Assembly: GCF_036321535.1 (NCBI RefSeq)
Contig: NC_087436.1
Location: 30,010,001-30,074,000, forward strand
DNA: 64,000 nucleotides
DNA from: Camelus dromedarius
Taxonomy: Eukaryota
Direction: 5' to 3'
This document shows positions 36,751 to 48,039 of this stretch, piece after piece (position 1 is the first letter of the stretch; each line of letters opens with the position of its first letter). The notes below the pieces were generated by a model. It did no database searches. It saw only the letters and a list, made by a program, of their open reading frames with translations, and had not been told where the DNA came from. Both the position numbers and the translations under genes were made by a program.

Positions 36751-37664
36751 CCTTGGTTTCCAGCTTTAAAAAAAAGGAGGAAAATGAAGTGAACTATGGG
36801 CAAAAACGGTCCAGAGAACTGGATTTTTTACCAAATGAAAATTTCACTGGAATTCCTCAGGTTTTGCATAAATATAGTTATAAAAATAGATGATTGAGGA
36901 AGAGAGTTGATATTGGATAGCTTTACATAGACAGCAACATCATAATCATTAGAGAAAAGTATGCCTTTGTCTAGTATCTCTATGTCTAAGGTTTAAAACG
37001 TTGTTAAAAATTACTTCTAAAATCTGTTTTAAAATTATCCTGATACTCACAAACTATATAAACTTGTAGAAAGCTGTGTAATCCCTTTCAAGTCTATTCC
37101 TTGATATCTAAAATCATGATGAGAGTAACTGGATCTTAAAGCGAGTGTAAAGATATAAATAAGAACACATACAGCATGCCTTCCTTGTCCCCAGTAATTA
37201 AAGTTGCCACTTTCTCTCTCAAAATTTCGCCAAGAAACATTGATTTGTTACTACAGTCAAAAATCAATAGCCTTGTCTTAAAATTCACATTCTATTTCTA
37301 TTTTTAAAATAAATGTAATTCTTGAACATTATAATCAGTCTATAAACTTCAAATAACTGAGGTCCAAAGCTTAGCCATTTATTTCAAACTTTATTTAGCA
37401 ACACTATTTTTTTAATTTACCTCCCAACATTTTAAAATCTATGATTTAATGACACTGTGATTTCTGATCATTGAAGTGGAATTTGTAAGATATTTGCAAG
37501 CCATGGTCAAAAGTTAACGGAAGTCTCAGATTGAAGAACATCTTACTTCAAAATTAAATTGTAAATTTTGCCTTTAACCTTAAATTCATTACTCAATTTT
37601 TGTGTGTTTTTGTTTCTATGGTTATGATCTAGCTTTAGTATAGCTTGTATTAGGACTTCTTCCT

Positions 37665-37883
37665 ATTCATATTCTTTCGCATTATAGGCCATTACAAGGT
37701 ATTGAATATATATATGGTTCCCTGTGCTATACGGTAGGACCTTGTTATTTATCTATTTTATATATAGTAGTTAGTATCTGCAAATTCCAAGCTCCCAAAT
37801 ATATATATATATATGTGAATCACTGTACTGTACACCAGAAATTAACACAACATTGTGAATCAACTATACTTCAATAGAAAAAC
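37665..37883 (+). mobile_element. Short 5'-inverted young L1 insertion with a 10-bp TSD
   Basis: 37665-37800 is antisense 3' UTR and 37801-37883 is the sense terminal segment (ctgtacaccagaaattaacacaacattgt...tatacttcaata). It is flanked by ACTTCTTCCT at 37655-37664 and 37884-37893. Confidence 0.92.
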
Positions 37884-38994
37884 ACTTCTTCCTGATAGCT
37901 TATATCTACAAAAGCCAGATAAATTACAAAGTCACAAATTTAAATGCTTTAGGAAGATCTAGATGGATTCAAATTCCACTGAAGAAAAAAAATCTTTCTT
38001 ATTGGTAGAGAATTACAAGGGCATTTGTCCATTTTGAACAAAGGCTAGATGTAAGAAAGTGAGCTAGACCTAGGCAGAGTGCTGCTGAAGAGACAGAGAA
38101 ATCAGCAGAGATTTTAGCAGTCACATGAGGCTAGAATAATAAAATTGGAGACATTAGGACCCTAGAATACACGGATGATTGTTTTCTAGAGACATTTTCA
38201 ATATTTCAAAGTTGAAAGGTTCAGGAGTTTGAAATAATAAAACAGAATAGAAATTCCCAGAATCTTGTGGCTTCTAGGAGAAAAAGAGCCCCAAGAAGGA
38301 GAAAGAGCAGGCAAACAAGTAAGAGCTGATAGCCCTCGAGGGAATGATGACTTCACAGCAGCAAGTTGCAACTGCTTTTTCCTCTGCGACAATTGCTGAT
38401 CTTAGGCACAGACAGAACTGAGAATTCAGAGAGCCACTACTGGTTTTCAGGGGAGTTAGAAAAAGTTTTGGTAGTCACGTGACTCTTGTGTGGTAAAATA
38501 AAAGACTCAAGGTTTCTAATACAAATTATTATCTCTCCAGACGTTTCCAAATTCTAAAGATTCATGGGTGAGTAGAGCTAAAAGACTAAGCCAAATTTAG
38601 CACCTCTCTGGAAATCATAGGTGAATTTTCCATGATATATGAATGCATAAAAAACAGACACTTGTAAAGAAAGTATCAAGAAAGCCCTTCTTAGTTTTTA
38701 CAGAAAGTTATTGTGAGCCATGCCCTAGAAACAGGGCAAATCAGAGGTGGACTGAATCTTACAAAAATTAAGGCAGCCTCAACCCAGCTCAGTCTGTCAC
38801 TGGATTGAGGTAATCAGTACCCCATAGCACTACATAGTAGAAGAAAGAGTAAATCCTCTTATTTTGAATATATGGAACCTTTACAATTTTTTATGTAAAT
38901 CTGAATTATCAGGTACATAGTAAGTGAAGACCAGGTGCTATACAATTAAGAGAAAAAGAACCAATGACAAGTCTATAGGTGCTCTAGATATTAC

Positions 38995-40573
38995 ATTTGG
39001 ACTGTTTGAAAACCAGTGGGGCTGTAGGAAACCTAGACTTCACTCTTGAAGAATGCATGCACAGACTTGCTTGCTCCTAGTCCCAGGGCAAAGGCAACAG
39101 ACTGAAAACAGCTTGGTGCCCTGCCCCAGCCTATCTGGACTGCCCACATTGGGTTCTGGCTTCAGCCCCTCTTTCTCCAGCCCTGTCTCCAGTCATGGTG
39201 ATGATGATGATCATCGCTCGGTGAGAGAGCAGTGGCTCATGCTGGGCTTAGTGCCATCCCCTCTGGTTCCCATCCCATCCTCCTCCAAGGTGGTAACCTC
39301 CACTGCACTGGGGGAGAAAGCCTGGCTCACACCGGGCTCCAGTTCTAGCCCCGCTGGCTCTGGTTCTAACACCCAGCAAAATGACCATCACCAATACAGC
39401 AAGGGAGAAGATGCAGCCTATGCTTGCTTCAGATTCAGAGATCCCACCAAAGCTTTTGGGCACGTATAGACTATATAGAGACTCTCCCACACTAGATGAT
39501 GTCTTCAAGACTGGGACAAGTAACTATTTTGCCTAATTTCATAGAAACAAACAGAGAAAATCAAACCAAATGAGACTACAGATGAACTTATACCAAATGA
39601 AAGAACAAATAAAACTCCAGGAAAAAAAAAAAAGACAGAAAAAACTAATGAAATGGAGATAAATAATTGACCTGATAAAGAATTTAAAGCAAAATTCATA
39701 AAAATGCTCACTGAACTCAGGAAAAGAACAGAGGAGGAACCCAGTGAAAACTTCAGCAAAGAACTAGAAAATGTAAAGAGGAATCAGTCAGAGCTGAACT
39801 ATACAAAACACTGAAATGAAAAATACACTAAAGAAATTGTTGCCAAAAAGCCGGCCTCTGTACCCCAGTAGCTAAATTGAGACTTGTAGGTAGAGTTTTG
39901 GGAGAACCAGAAAAGAACAGTTTTATTGCTTTGCCAGACAAAGGGGAGTCACAGCAGACTAATGCCTCAGAGACTGTGAATCCATCTTGGGGTTGAGGTC
40001 CTGAGGTTTTATAGAAAAACTGGATAGAACAGAAAGGCAATAACAATTGGAGCATTTTGCAGGGTGCTGTATTCTTCTTAATCTTGATGAATCCACCTGC
40101 TGTCACAGAGAAACTTGGGAGGGTCTGTTCATTTTTCTAAGCTATCAGCCCATGACCACCTTCCTGGAGCATAGCTTCTGGGTTAAAGGATAAGCTACTC
40201 TAGGTAAAGAATGTACAGGGAGTGGAAAGTGTAATGGAAAGATTGGGAGCTGTTTAGTACAAAAGCAGTTGAGAAAATGAAGCAGAGATGAGGTTTTGTC
40301 AGAGGAAAGAGAAAAACAAGTTGCAAGAATTCTAAGTCAGAATGATCAGCAAACAGCTTTAGCGTTAGGGAAGCCATTTTGTTAGTTTCATACTCTTTTG
40401 AAATGAACAGCAGGTTAGCAGATACAGAAGAACGCATAAGCATCCTGAAAAACGAATAGTGAAATCGTGAAAGTCACCCAATCACAACGGCAAAAGGGGA
40501 AAATAATGAGGAGAGTTTAAAGAACTTCTGGGACAACATAAAGCATAGTAACAGTCACATTATGGGGGTCCCA
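38995..40573 (+). mobile_element. LINE-1 5' UTR and ORF1 N-terminal half, interrupted by an LTR
   Basis: GC-richer 5' UTR (39000-39500), then ORF1 motifs cctgataaagaatttaaag...aaaatgctcactgaactc...gaaatgaaaaatacacta. After the LTR it resumes aacagcaggttag...cttctgggacaacataaag...tgggggtcccag. Confidence 0.85.
39838..40399 (-). mobile_element. Solo ERV1-class LTR inserted in L1 ORF1
   Basis: Begins tgttgcc and carries antisense AATAAA (cagttttattgc). It is flanked by GAAAT at 39833-39837 and 40400-40404, and the L1 ORF1 sequence is continuous across it. Confidence 0.88.
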
Positions 40574-40574
40574 G

Positions 40575-41390
40575 CAGTGACAATAACAAGAAATAGTACG
40601 GATATAAAGCAACTGAAACCCTCATACATTGTTTATGGAAATGCAAAATGTTAATAGCAATTCTGGAGAACAGTTAGGCATTTTTTTTTTACAAAGTGAA
40701 GTGTACACTTACAATATGATCCATCAATTCTTCTTCCAGTTATTTACCATAGAGAAATGAAAAGTTACATTCAGAGAAAAGATCTTACACTAAAATATTT
40801 GTAGCAAGTGTGTTAATTATCACCCAGTATTGGAAACAACACAAGTTAATGTTCTTCAATAAAGTCAGTGAGTGGATAAACAAATTGTAGTGCATCCACA
40901 CAATGGAATTCTAATCAATACTATAAAGGAATGGATATTGAGACACACAACAACCTAGATAACCATTCAAAGATGCTATGCTGAATGAAAGAAACCAATG
41001 TCAACAGGTTACATACGCTACAATTTCATTTATATGACATTTTGGAAAAGGCAAAACTACAACAACAGAGAACGAATAGGTTACTGGTGGGTGAGTGATT
41101 TTACTACAAAGGAACAGCATGATGAAATTTTGGGGAGTGTAAAAACTGCCCTGCATTTTGATTGTAGTGAAGGTTAAACACAATATGTAGGTTCTGACTC
41201 AAAAATACCCATAAATATATGTAATTAACATTATGTTAATAAATTCTATGGATATATATTATAGAACTACATTGTATGCTATGTTAGTAGTTACATGGGT
41301 ATAGACATTTTGCAAAACTAATGAATACTTAAAATGTTTGAATTTTATTGTACATAAATTATACCTTAATAAAATTGATTAAAAACAAAC
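40575..41390 (+). mobile_element. Old LINE-1 ORF2 end and 3' UTR (L1MC/MD-like)
   Basis: gcaactgaaaccctcatacattg, tatgatccatcaatt, tggataaacaaattgtagtgcatccacacaatggaat, ttatatgacattttggaaaaggcaaaact, aattataccttaataaa. Confidence 0.88.
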
Positions 41391-43889
41391 AGCCTTCCTC
41401 CTAATAAAAATAAAGTGAAAAAAGCTACAATTTTAGGCAAATAAAGTTTAGAGAATGTATCACCATTTGACCTGCATAAAATTACAATAACTGGATAAAT
41501 AGGTAGGAGTTAATCCTAGAACCATAGATAACCAACTATATAGAGCCGTGTGCATCAGATACCTAATGATTTAACATTATAGATGCTGAACTTATATAAA
41601 TATATTTAGTATTAGGAAAATAGTTTTTTTTGGAGAACACAGCATCAAGACTAGATTACTATCCAAAAGACATTTTGGGAGGAAACTTACATTTTTCTTT
41701 TTAAATCTGGAAATAAATAGATCTTACTTTAAAATTTCAACTTTTGTATATGAAGAAAATTGAAAGTGGAACTTCTGCAAGAATGATATACAATCAATGA
41801 AACTGTTCACAGGTCAAATTCTTCCATTTTTAAGGAGACTGTAGGATTTCAATATTTCAATGGCCAACATCTAAATGTGTAGAATTAGTCAGTGGTTATC
41901 AATGATAAATTCAGATTATTTTACCATGAGGTTGTCTATATATTTCGGTCTGTCTCGCTGAACCTCATGGTAATTCTCTTCCATAGGAGAAAATCTTTGA
42001 AATGTATTCTTAAGAATATCATGATATAACATGTATTAACCAATTCGAAAAATAAATGTTATTTTCAGTGGCTTAAATAACCAGAATTAAAATAAAACAA
42101 TACAGAAAGATCAACACTCTAAGTCAAATCTCACGATCAATTAAAGCAGATAGAACTAACATAATGGTCACAATGTGACGATTTCTTGACATAAATCGCC
42201 AATTTATGAGAAAGATTTTAAGTCTGAAAATATTTCAAGATTCTACCTGCATGCTCTTTAAATATTGATTTTTAAAAACTGATTGCACAATTTTTCTAAA
42301 TTAACATGTTGAAACATTTGTTCATATGTCATCAGAATTAGGATTGCCTAGGAGATTAAGTTTTGTGTATCGCAAGATTTAAAAAAATAGCTGAAAGGAC
42401 GCTAGTTTCTAAAGGCTGAAATAAAATACTCAAGAGAAAGAAAATGGATGATTTGTTAGCACATACAGAACTACATTGTTCTGTTTTTGTGGGGTTTTTT
42501 TTTCTATTTCACCTGCAAGTATAAGTGTAAGACATTATAACCAAATATGGTTTCCTCATTAGGCTCATTAATGGCACAGATTCATCTCTTGTTAACAAAA
42601 ATTATAAGCCTTTGTTGATTAGGTCATTGAATTAAGTCTTGCTAGTATCATTACAACACATTCACTGTATATAAAGTAATAAAAATGAGGATTTTTGTCT
42701 TTTCACTTCTGTAGAAGTGGAGCTTCTACTTTAAAATGGAACTACATCGATTTTAGATACCTTTAGTCAGTTTTCTTCTCTTACAGCCTTCAGTGGCAAA
42801 CTACTTAATTTCTAGAAGATAAATTCTGCAAAAATATGTAGATTTGGGTTGTAGTATAATTCGATAAGAAAAGTAGATAGAGCCTGTGATATGTGACTCT
42901 CACTTCAGAAGATGAGCTTCAAAAATGTGACTGAACAAATGAATACAGCAAGATAAAGACTGATTTGGGTACCAGAATACTTAATCTGCGTAAGTGTGTT
43001 AAAGAGAATAGATCCAAGAAATCAGTCCACATCAGCAGGTTAGGATTCAAAATATAGAACCTTGCTATGAAATATTAGTGACAGCTAAAAGATTTGAAGA
43101 TAACTACGCTACAGTCATAGAAGCCAGAAGTCAGAATGAGAGCCCATTTGAACAAGTAATCTCATGCAGGCAAGGTAGAGACAGTCTGCAGGCAACCAGA
43201 TGACATCTTCACACACTTCCTCTCATTTAGAAACACTCCCGTTAATGGACCACATGACCTTCTATTATAAAAAACCTGAGGAGATCCTGAAGTCTCTGAA
43301 AAACCCATCACGAGGTAGAACTTCAGAAGAAAAATACGTTTGTAAACGCAACTTGAGACAGTAAAAGCCATACACAGGTGGGGATTAAGTTAACAGACTC
43401 CTGAATTAAAAATTGTGCTTCTTAGAATTAAAATTTGATTTTCTGACAGTTCTTATGTTTTCCTAAGGTATTATTTTTTCTATGATCCTAAAAGCTTGTG
43501 CAATGAGCCGTTCAAGGAATCTACTGGAGATTTTTCTCTCTTAAGATCTCTTTTCAGTTAAGTAATCATTTTTAAGTTGTAGGATCTCAAATCAAGAGCA
43601 CCTACTCATTTAATAACTCCTGTCATTTCAGACGTACACTTGCTCTACTCCTATCGAAGTGCATTATATAGTAGACAATCTAGTACTATTCCTTTTCTGT
43701 ATCATTGTATATTCTGATGAATATCTAAAGTATAGACATTTACTGTTTAATTTCCTGTGAATAAAAGTGTGACATATAATTTTCAGCTCAGTATAACAAG
43801 CTTGAGGGCTATCAGGTAAGCACTACTGCTTTTGTCTCTGCCTTCACTTAACTTATTTGAAACAAGCCTTTAAGATGTAGATTCGATGC

Positions 43890-44290
43890 AGAAAATGTAC
43901 TAGGGTTTATCTCCTACCTTCTGAAATGCATGTATGTTTTACGGCTTCTAGTGTGCTTTCAACTTTTTGCTCATCTGGTCCTATCAACATGTGGTAATTT
44001 AGATAGTAGAAAATGTGATGATCTGAAGAAAGGCTAGAGGACAAAAAAGGTAACATAGCCCTGCGGCAGGACCGTGAATGCATACTGTTGTACATCCCAT
44101 GAGAACCTAGGCTGCTTCTTAACCTTATCCTGATAGCAGTGGAACACAGTGCATTAGTCTGCTCAGATGGCCACAGATGGTGTATGTGAAGCCATGCTAA
44201 TCTGCTCTAGCAAAGATGCCATAAATTGCACAGTAGTTGCAATGAAATTACTTATTTGTTGAATTGTGGCTGTCCATTATCATCTGTCAG
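43890..44290 (-). mobile_element. Degenerate ERVL reverse-transcriptase fragment
   Basis: The minus strand reads SLLEQIS, FSWDVQQYAFTVLPQGYV and YYLNYHMLIGPDEQKVESTLE, matching ERVL RT SLLEQIN, FSWQGQQYTFTVLPQGY and HYIDDIMLIGPSEQEVATTLD. Confidence 0.9.
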
Positions 44291-44379
44291 GATAATAAAA
44301 GTAGTAACAACAACAATGAAAAACAACACCTAAAAAATACAAACAAAAAACCCAGGGTGAGATTATTAAAGGCATTACA

Positions 44380-44755
44380 TGAAATCAAGATTTAGAAAGG
44401 GATTGTGAGCAGGGAAAACAATATGTGCAAAGCGTGGAGGTATAAGAATTAATAAGATGTAGCTCAGAGTGGATGGAATCTCTGGTCGTGGACACGAGAC
44501 AAGATGAGTGCCTAAGTTCAAGGTGTATACAAGACTCATAATATAAAGGGCTTCCAGTGACACATAAAGGTCTTTATTAATTTTTGTAGAGTGAACCGGA
44601 AATAATTGTATTTAACCAAGAGGCTGACATTATTCGAACTGCATTTTAGAAAGACTGATCTGGTAGCAGTGGAAATTGTGACAAGGAGAAGGTGGCAAAA
44701 TTTGATTAGAAAAAAAGGGTAATAGCTCAAGTGAAAGGTGACTAAGGCTTGTCTT
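44380..44755 (-). mobile_element. L2 fragment
   Basis: gcagggaaaacaatatgtgcaaag, tgacattattcgaactgcattttagaaagactgatctggtagcagtg. Confidence 0.65.
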
Positions 44756-44782
44756 AAAGTCGTACGATCCAAGATGTACTTG

Positions 44783-45414
44783 TGATGCAGGAAAACGGAT
44801 GTGGGGCATGAGGAGGGCTGTGTCCCAGGTCTCAACTGAACCCCTGGGACGTGCCCTGCCAAGTGTGGGTCCTTAGCTTTGCGCAGGAAAGAATTCAAGT
44901 GTGAGCCACCGTTGAGTTAAGGTAGACTTATTTAGAGAGATACACACTGCATAGAGTATAAGGCAAGAGAAAGGCAAGGAAAGAGGCGTGAGAATTGGGT
45001 GCTCAGGTTAAAGTGAAAGTAGGTACACACTCCGTAGACAGAGTGCGGGCCATCTCCAAAGGGAAGAGAGAGTGCAAAGGGCCACTAGTCGTGTTGTTGT
45101 TACTTTTTATGGTCTCAGTAGCTTTACAGGCCTACAGGTGGGATCAATCCAGCTGCCCTGGAGAAGGGGCTGGGATTCCCAGGGATTGGGCCACGGCCCA
45201 TTCTTTGGCCTTTTGCGGTTAGCCTTGGGGCTGTCATGGCGCCTGCGGGCATGCTATTTGATCATGCTGTTACAATGAGCATATAATGAAGCTCAAGGTC
45301 TATTAGAAGTCAATCCTCTTAACCCTCAAGGCCAACTAGGAGGTGAATCTTCCACCATTTTGGTTGCTGTCATTCCTTAAGTGGCTGTGCCTTGTCCCCT
45401 TCCCTCCTGTCTCA
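44783..45414 (-). mobile_element. Intact solo ERV1-class LTR (632 bp) with a 4-bp TSD
   Basis: Termini TGATGCAGG...CCTGTCTCA (7/9 inverted match), CTTG at 44779-44782 and 45415-45418, antisense AATAAA (gactttattt), and more CpGs than the flanks. Confidence 0.93.
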
Positions 45415-45418
45415 CTTG

Positions 45419-45716
45419 GGGATGTTTATTGAAAGGGTACAAATTTTCAGTTATAAAAGAATAAGTTCTGAGGCTCTAATGTACAACATGGTGGCTGTAG
45501 TTAATAATATGATGGAGTTGCTGAGAGTAGATCGAAAGTATTTTCACCACACACGCACTCACACAAAGAGTTAAGTACATGAGGTGATAGATGTGTTAAT
45601 TATCATGATGTCGGAAATCATTCTACAATTCATACACATACCAAATCACCACATTGTATACTTTAAATATATATAGTTATATTTGTCAATTATTCCTCAA
45701 TAAAGTTTAAAAAAAC
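45419..45716 (+). mobile_element. LINE-1 3' UTR (L1MA9-like)
   Basis: gggtacaaattttcagttataa...ctaatgtacaacatggtg...gttgctgagagtagat...gtcaattattcctcaataaag followed by an A tail. Confidence 0.88.
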
Positions 45717-46174
45717 TACATTTGATAGAAGAGGTTTGAAAATTCATGAGATATTATGGAGATGGGAAATGCTCTAACTTGACTTAGAGATTAAGGGAGG
45801 AATTAGAAATGATCAGAAGGAAAGGCAGTTGTTCTTTGATGACCAGAGGAAAAGAAGAATGAGTGAAAAGGATAAAAATTATCTATTTCCAGCAGTTTAA
45901 AGTATATATGGCTATAAGCATGCATATATGTTTTTATCAACATACGAGGGACTATTGCAGTGAGAACTGAGAACAGGAGCTAAAAATGGGGTACTTTAAA
46001 AAATGTCTTGTCAGTGGGCTCTGCAATTAGAAAGCTAATTATGCTTTTAAGAATTTTATAACTGATCTATATCAGTAGCTTGCAGTTTCACAATTCTAAA
46101 CAGCTATCATCTTGCAATACCATTTATAAAAGTAAGCTGAAAAAGAATTTTTATGGTATACAGATGAGAAAATA

Positions 46175-46300
46175 TCTTTTTTATTGAGGTATACTTGACA
46201 TAACATTATATTAGTTTCCAGGTATACATAATAGTGATCCAAAATTTGTATATATCATGAAATGAACACCACAATAAGTCTAGTTAACATCCATCACCAT
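46175..46300 (-). mobile_element. Short L1 3' end
   Basis: ttttttattgaggtatacttgacataacattatattagtttc...caccacaataagtctagttaacatccatcaccat. Confidence 0.8.
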
Positions 46301-46425
46301 TTGAAAATATATTTATAAGCAACGATATTTTGTTGCTATGTTGCTGCCACAATAATCCAAAGTTAGGTATGTCCTTTATAATAAAATATGTTCAGAAAAA
46401 TTAATGAGAGCATATCAAGTGGTCC

Positions 46426-46737
46426 TAGAACTATCCAGTGGGATGGCCACTTGCTACATGTGTCCGCTGAGCATTGGTAGTGTGGCTAGCCCAAACTGAG
46501 ATGTGCTATTCAGTATGAAACAGTATGAATACCAGATTTTGAGTACATACTGGAAAAATAGTAAAACATCTCATTAATAATTTCATATTGACTGGATAGA
46601 GAGATAATTTCCAGGATATAATTGGGCTAAGCATATTGTTAAAATAAATTTTGCTCTGTTTATGTTTGTCAGTATGGCCACAAGAAAAGTTAATGTTGCA
46701 TATATGGCTCACCCTGTATTTCTAGTAAACAACACTG
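46426..46737. mobile_element. hAT-Charlie element (MER33-like)
   Basis: gccacttgctacatgtg...tgtggctagcccaaactgagatgtgct...aaaacatctcattaataatt...atatggctc...ends acaacactg followed by the Charlie-type target ctctagaa. Confidence 0.85.
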
Positions 46738-48039
46738 CTCTAGAATATAATAAAAGTTAAGATATTTAAATAGTATTTACATTACCAACTGTCCTCTAAA
46801 TTTTAAATGTTGAGAGTTTTAAAGAATATTAATAAAGCATTTAGGAAATACACCGAGTTCATAAGTGTATGTTGCTAAATTTTTCCTATTTGACCAGTAT
46901 TTCTCTTTTCTCTTTTCCCTGTGATTATAACTGTTAAATGTTTCTAGTATCTTGAAATGTTTCCTATTTGTATTTAATTTTAGAGGGATTGCTTTCCATT
47001 TATGTTTGTTTGACTTTTATCTTTATTTTGTAGATAATGTTTACAGAATTTTGAATTAATCTCAGCTGCTGATGATGTTAATTTAAGGATAACCAAGAGA
47101 ATTAAAATATGTAAAAATAGTGTGCATCAATCTGGAACTATTTTAGAACCCATGGGTGGTTAAAGGCACCCACCAGAAGACGATAAAATAGTTTACTATA
47201 TTTGTGAATGCAAAGATAACCCAAATTCAAGCGGATAATGTGTCCTTACACCATGGCATGGAATTTGGGATATTAGGGAATTATTTAATTGGAGAGAATT
47301 ATATAAACGTAATGAGAGACTTTTAAAAGCTTACATGATGCATTATTTAATTTTACTCCTAAAGATTAGCCTATATCACATCATATTGTTCCTATACTAG
47401 AAGCAGTCATCTTGAGATTCTAGAAGCCATGAATATTTCCCATTAATACATTTCCTGAGGACCTGAGAAATATTAGCTTCTAGAAATTCAAGAATTGGTT
47501 ACAATATCTTTTGTTTAACTTTTGTTGATGATTTTTGTTGTTTTCAAATGAAGTTTGGTTCAGAATGAATTTCATTTAATTTTCCTAATTTGCAGGTCTA
47601 ATTTTTATAGGTTTATTTTATTGTTGTTAATTTAATATTTTACTGTTGTTCATTAATGTTGCCAAATATTTTAATCTATTTTATTTAAAGTTTCCAAATT
47701 TTATAATGTAATCTATAATCAACACAGTTTCCTTCTAATGATTTGCTATTTCTTATTAGTGTTCTAAATTTAATATCATGTTATAAATGAAATAATGAAT
47801 CTATTTAACACTAGAGAATTTTAATTTTTTGGCTGAAAGGCACTATAGGAATGCAAATGCAGTAAATATTTTTTAAAAATTAGTAACCCAGTAGCATAAA
47901 ATAAGAAAAGGCTCTCTGTAGGAGATACCAATGCACAGTTGTGAGGCACTGTGACTTTACTAGCAGTCAACATTGAGTATGCTTTGAAATAAAGAAAATA
48001 TGCCTACTTTGTTGTTTACAGTCACTTATTTAAAACAAG

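Noticed and set aside
39053..39469. 138-aa Ser/Pro-rich ORF
   Set aside because: It lies in the GC-richer 5' UTR of an L1 fragment and has no recognisable domain.
42911..42989. Plus-strand exon candidate (cacttcag ... ctgc|gtaagt)
   Set aside because: Stops in all three frames and a weak polypyrimidine tract.
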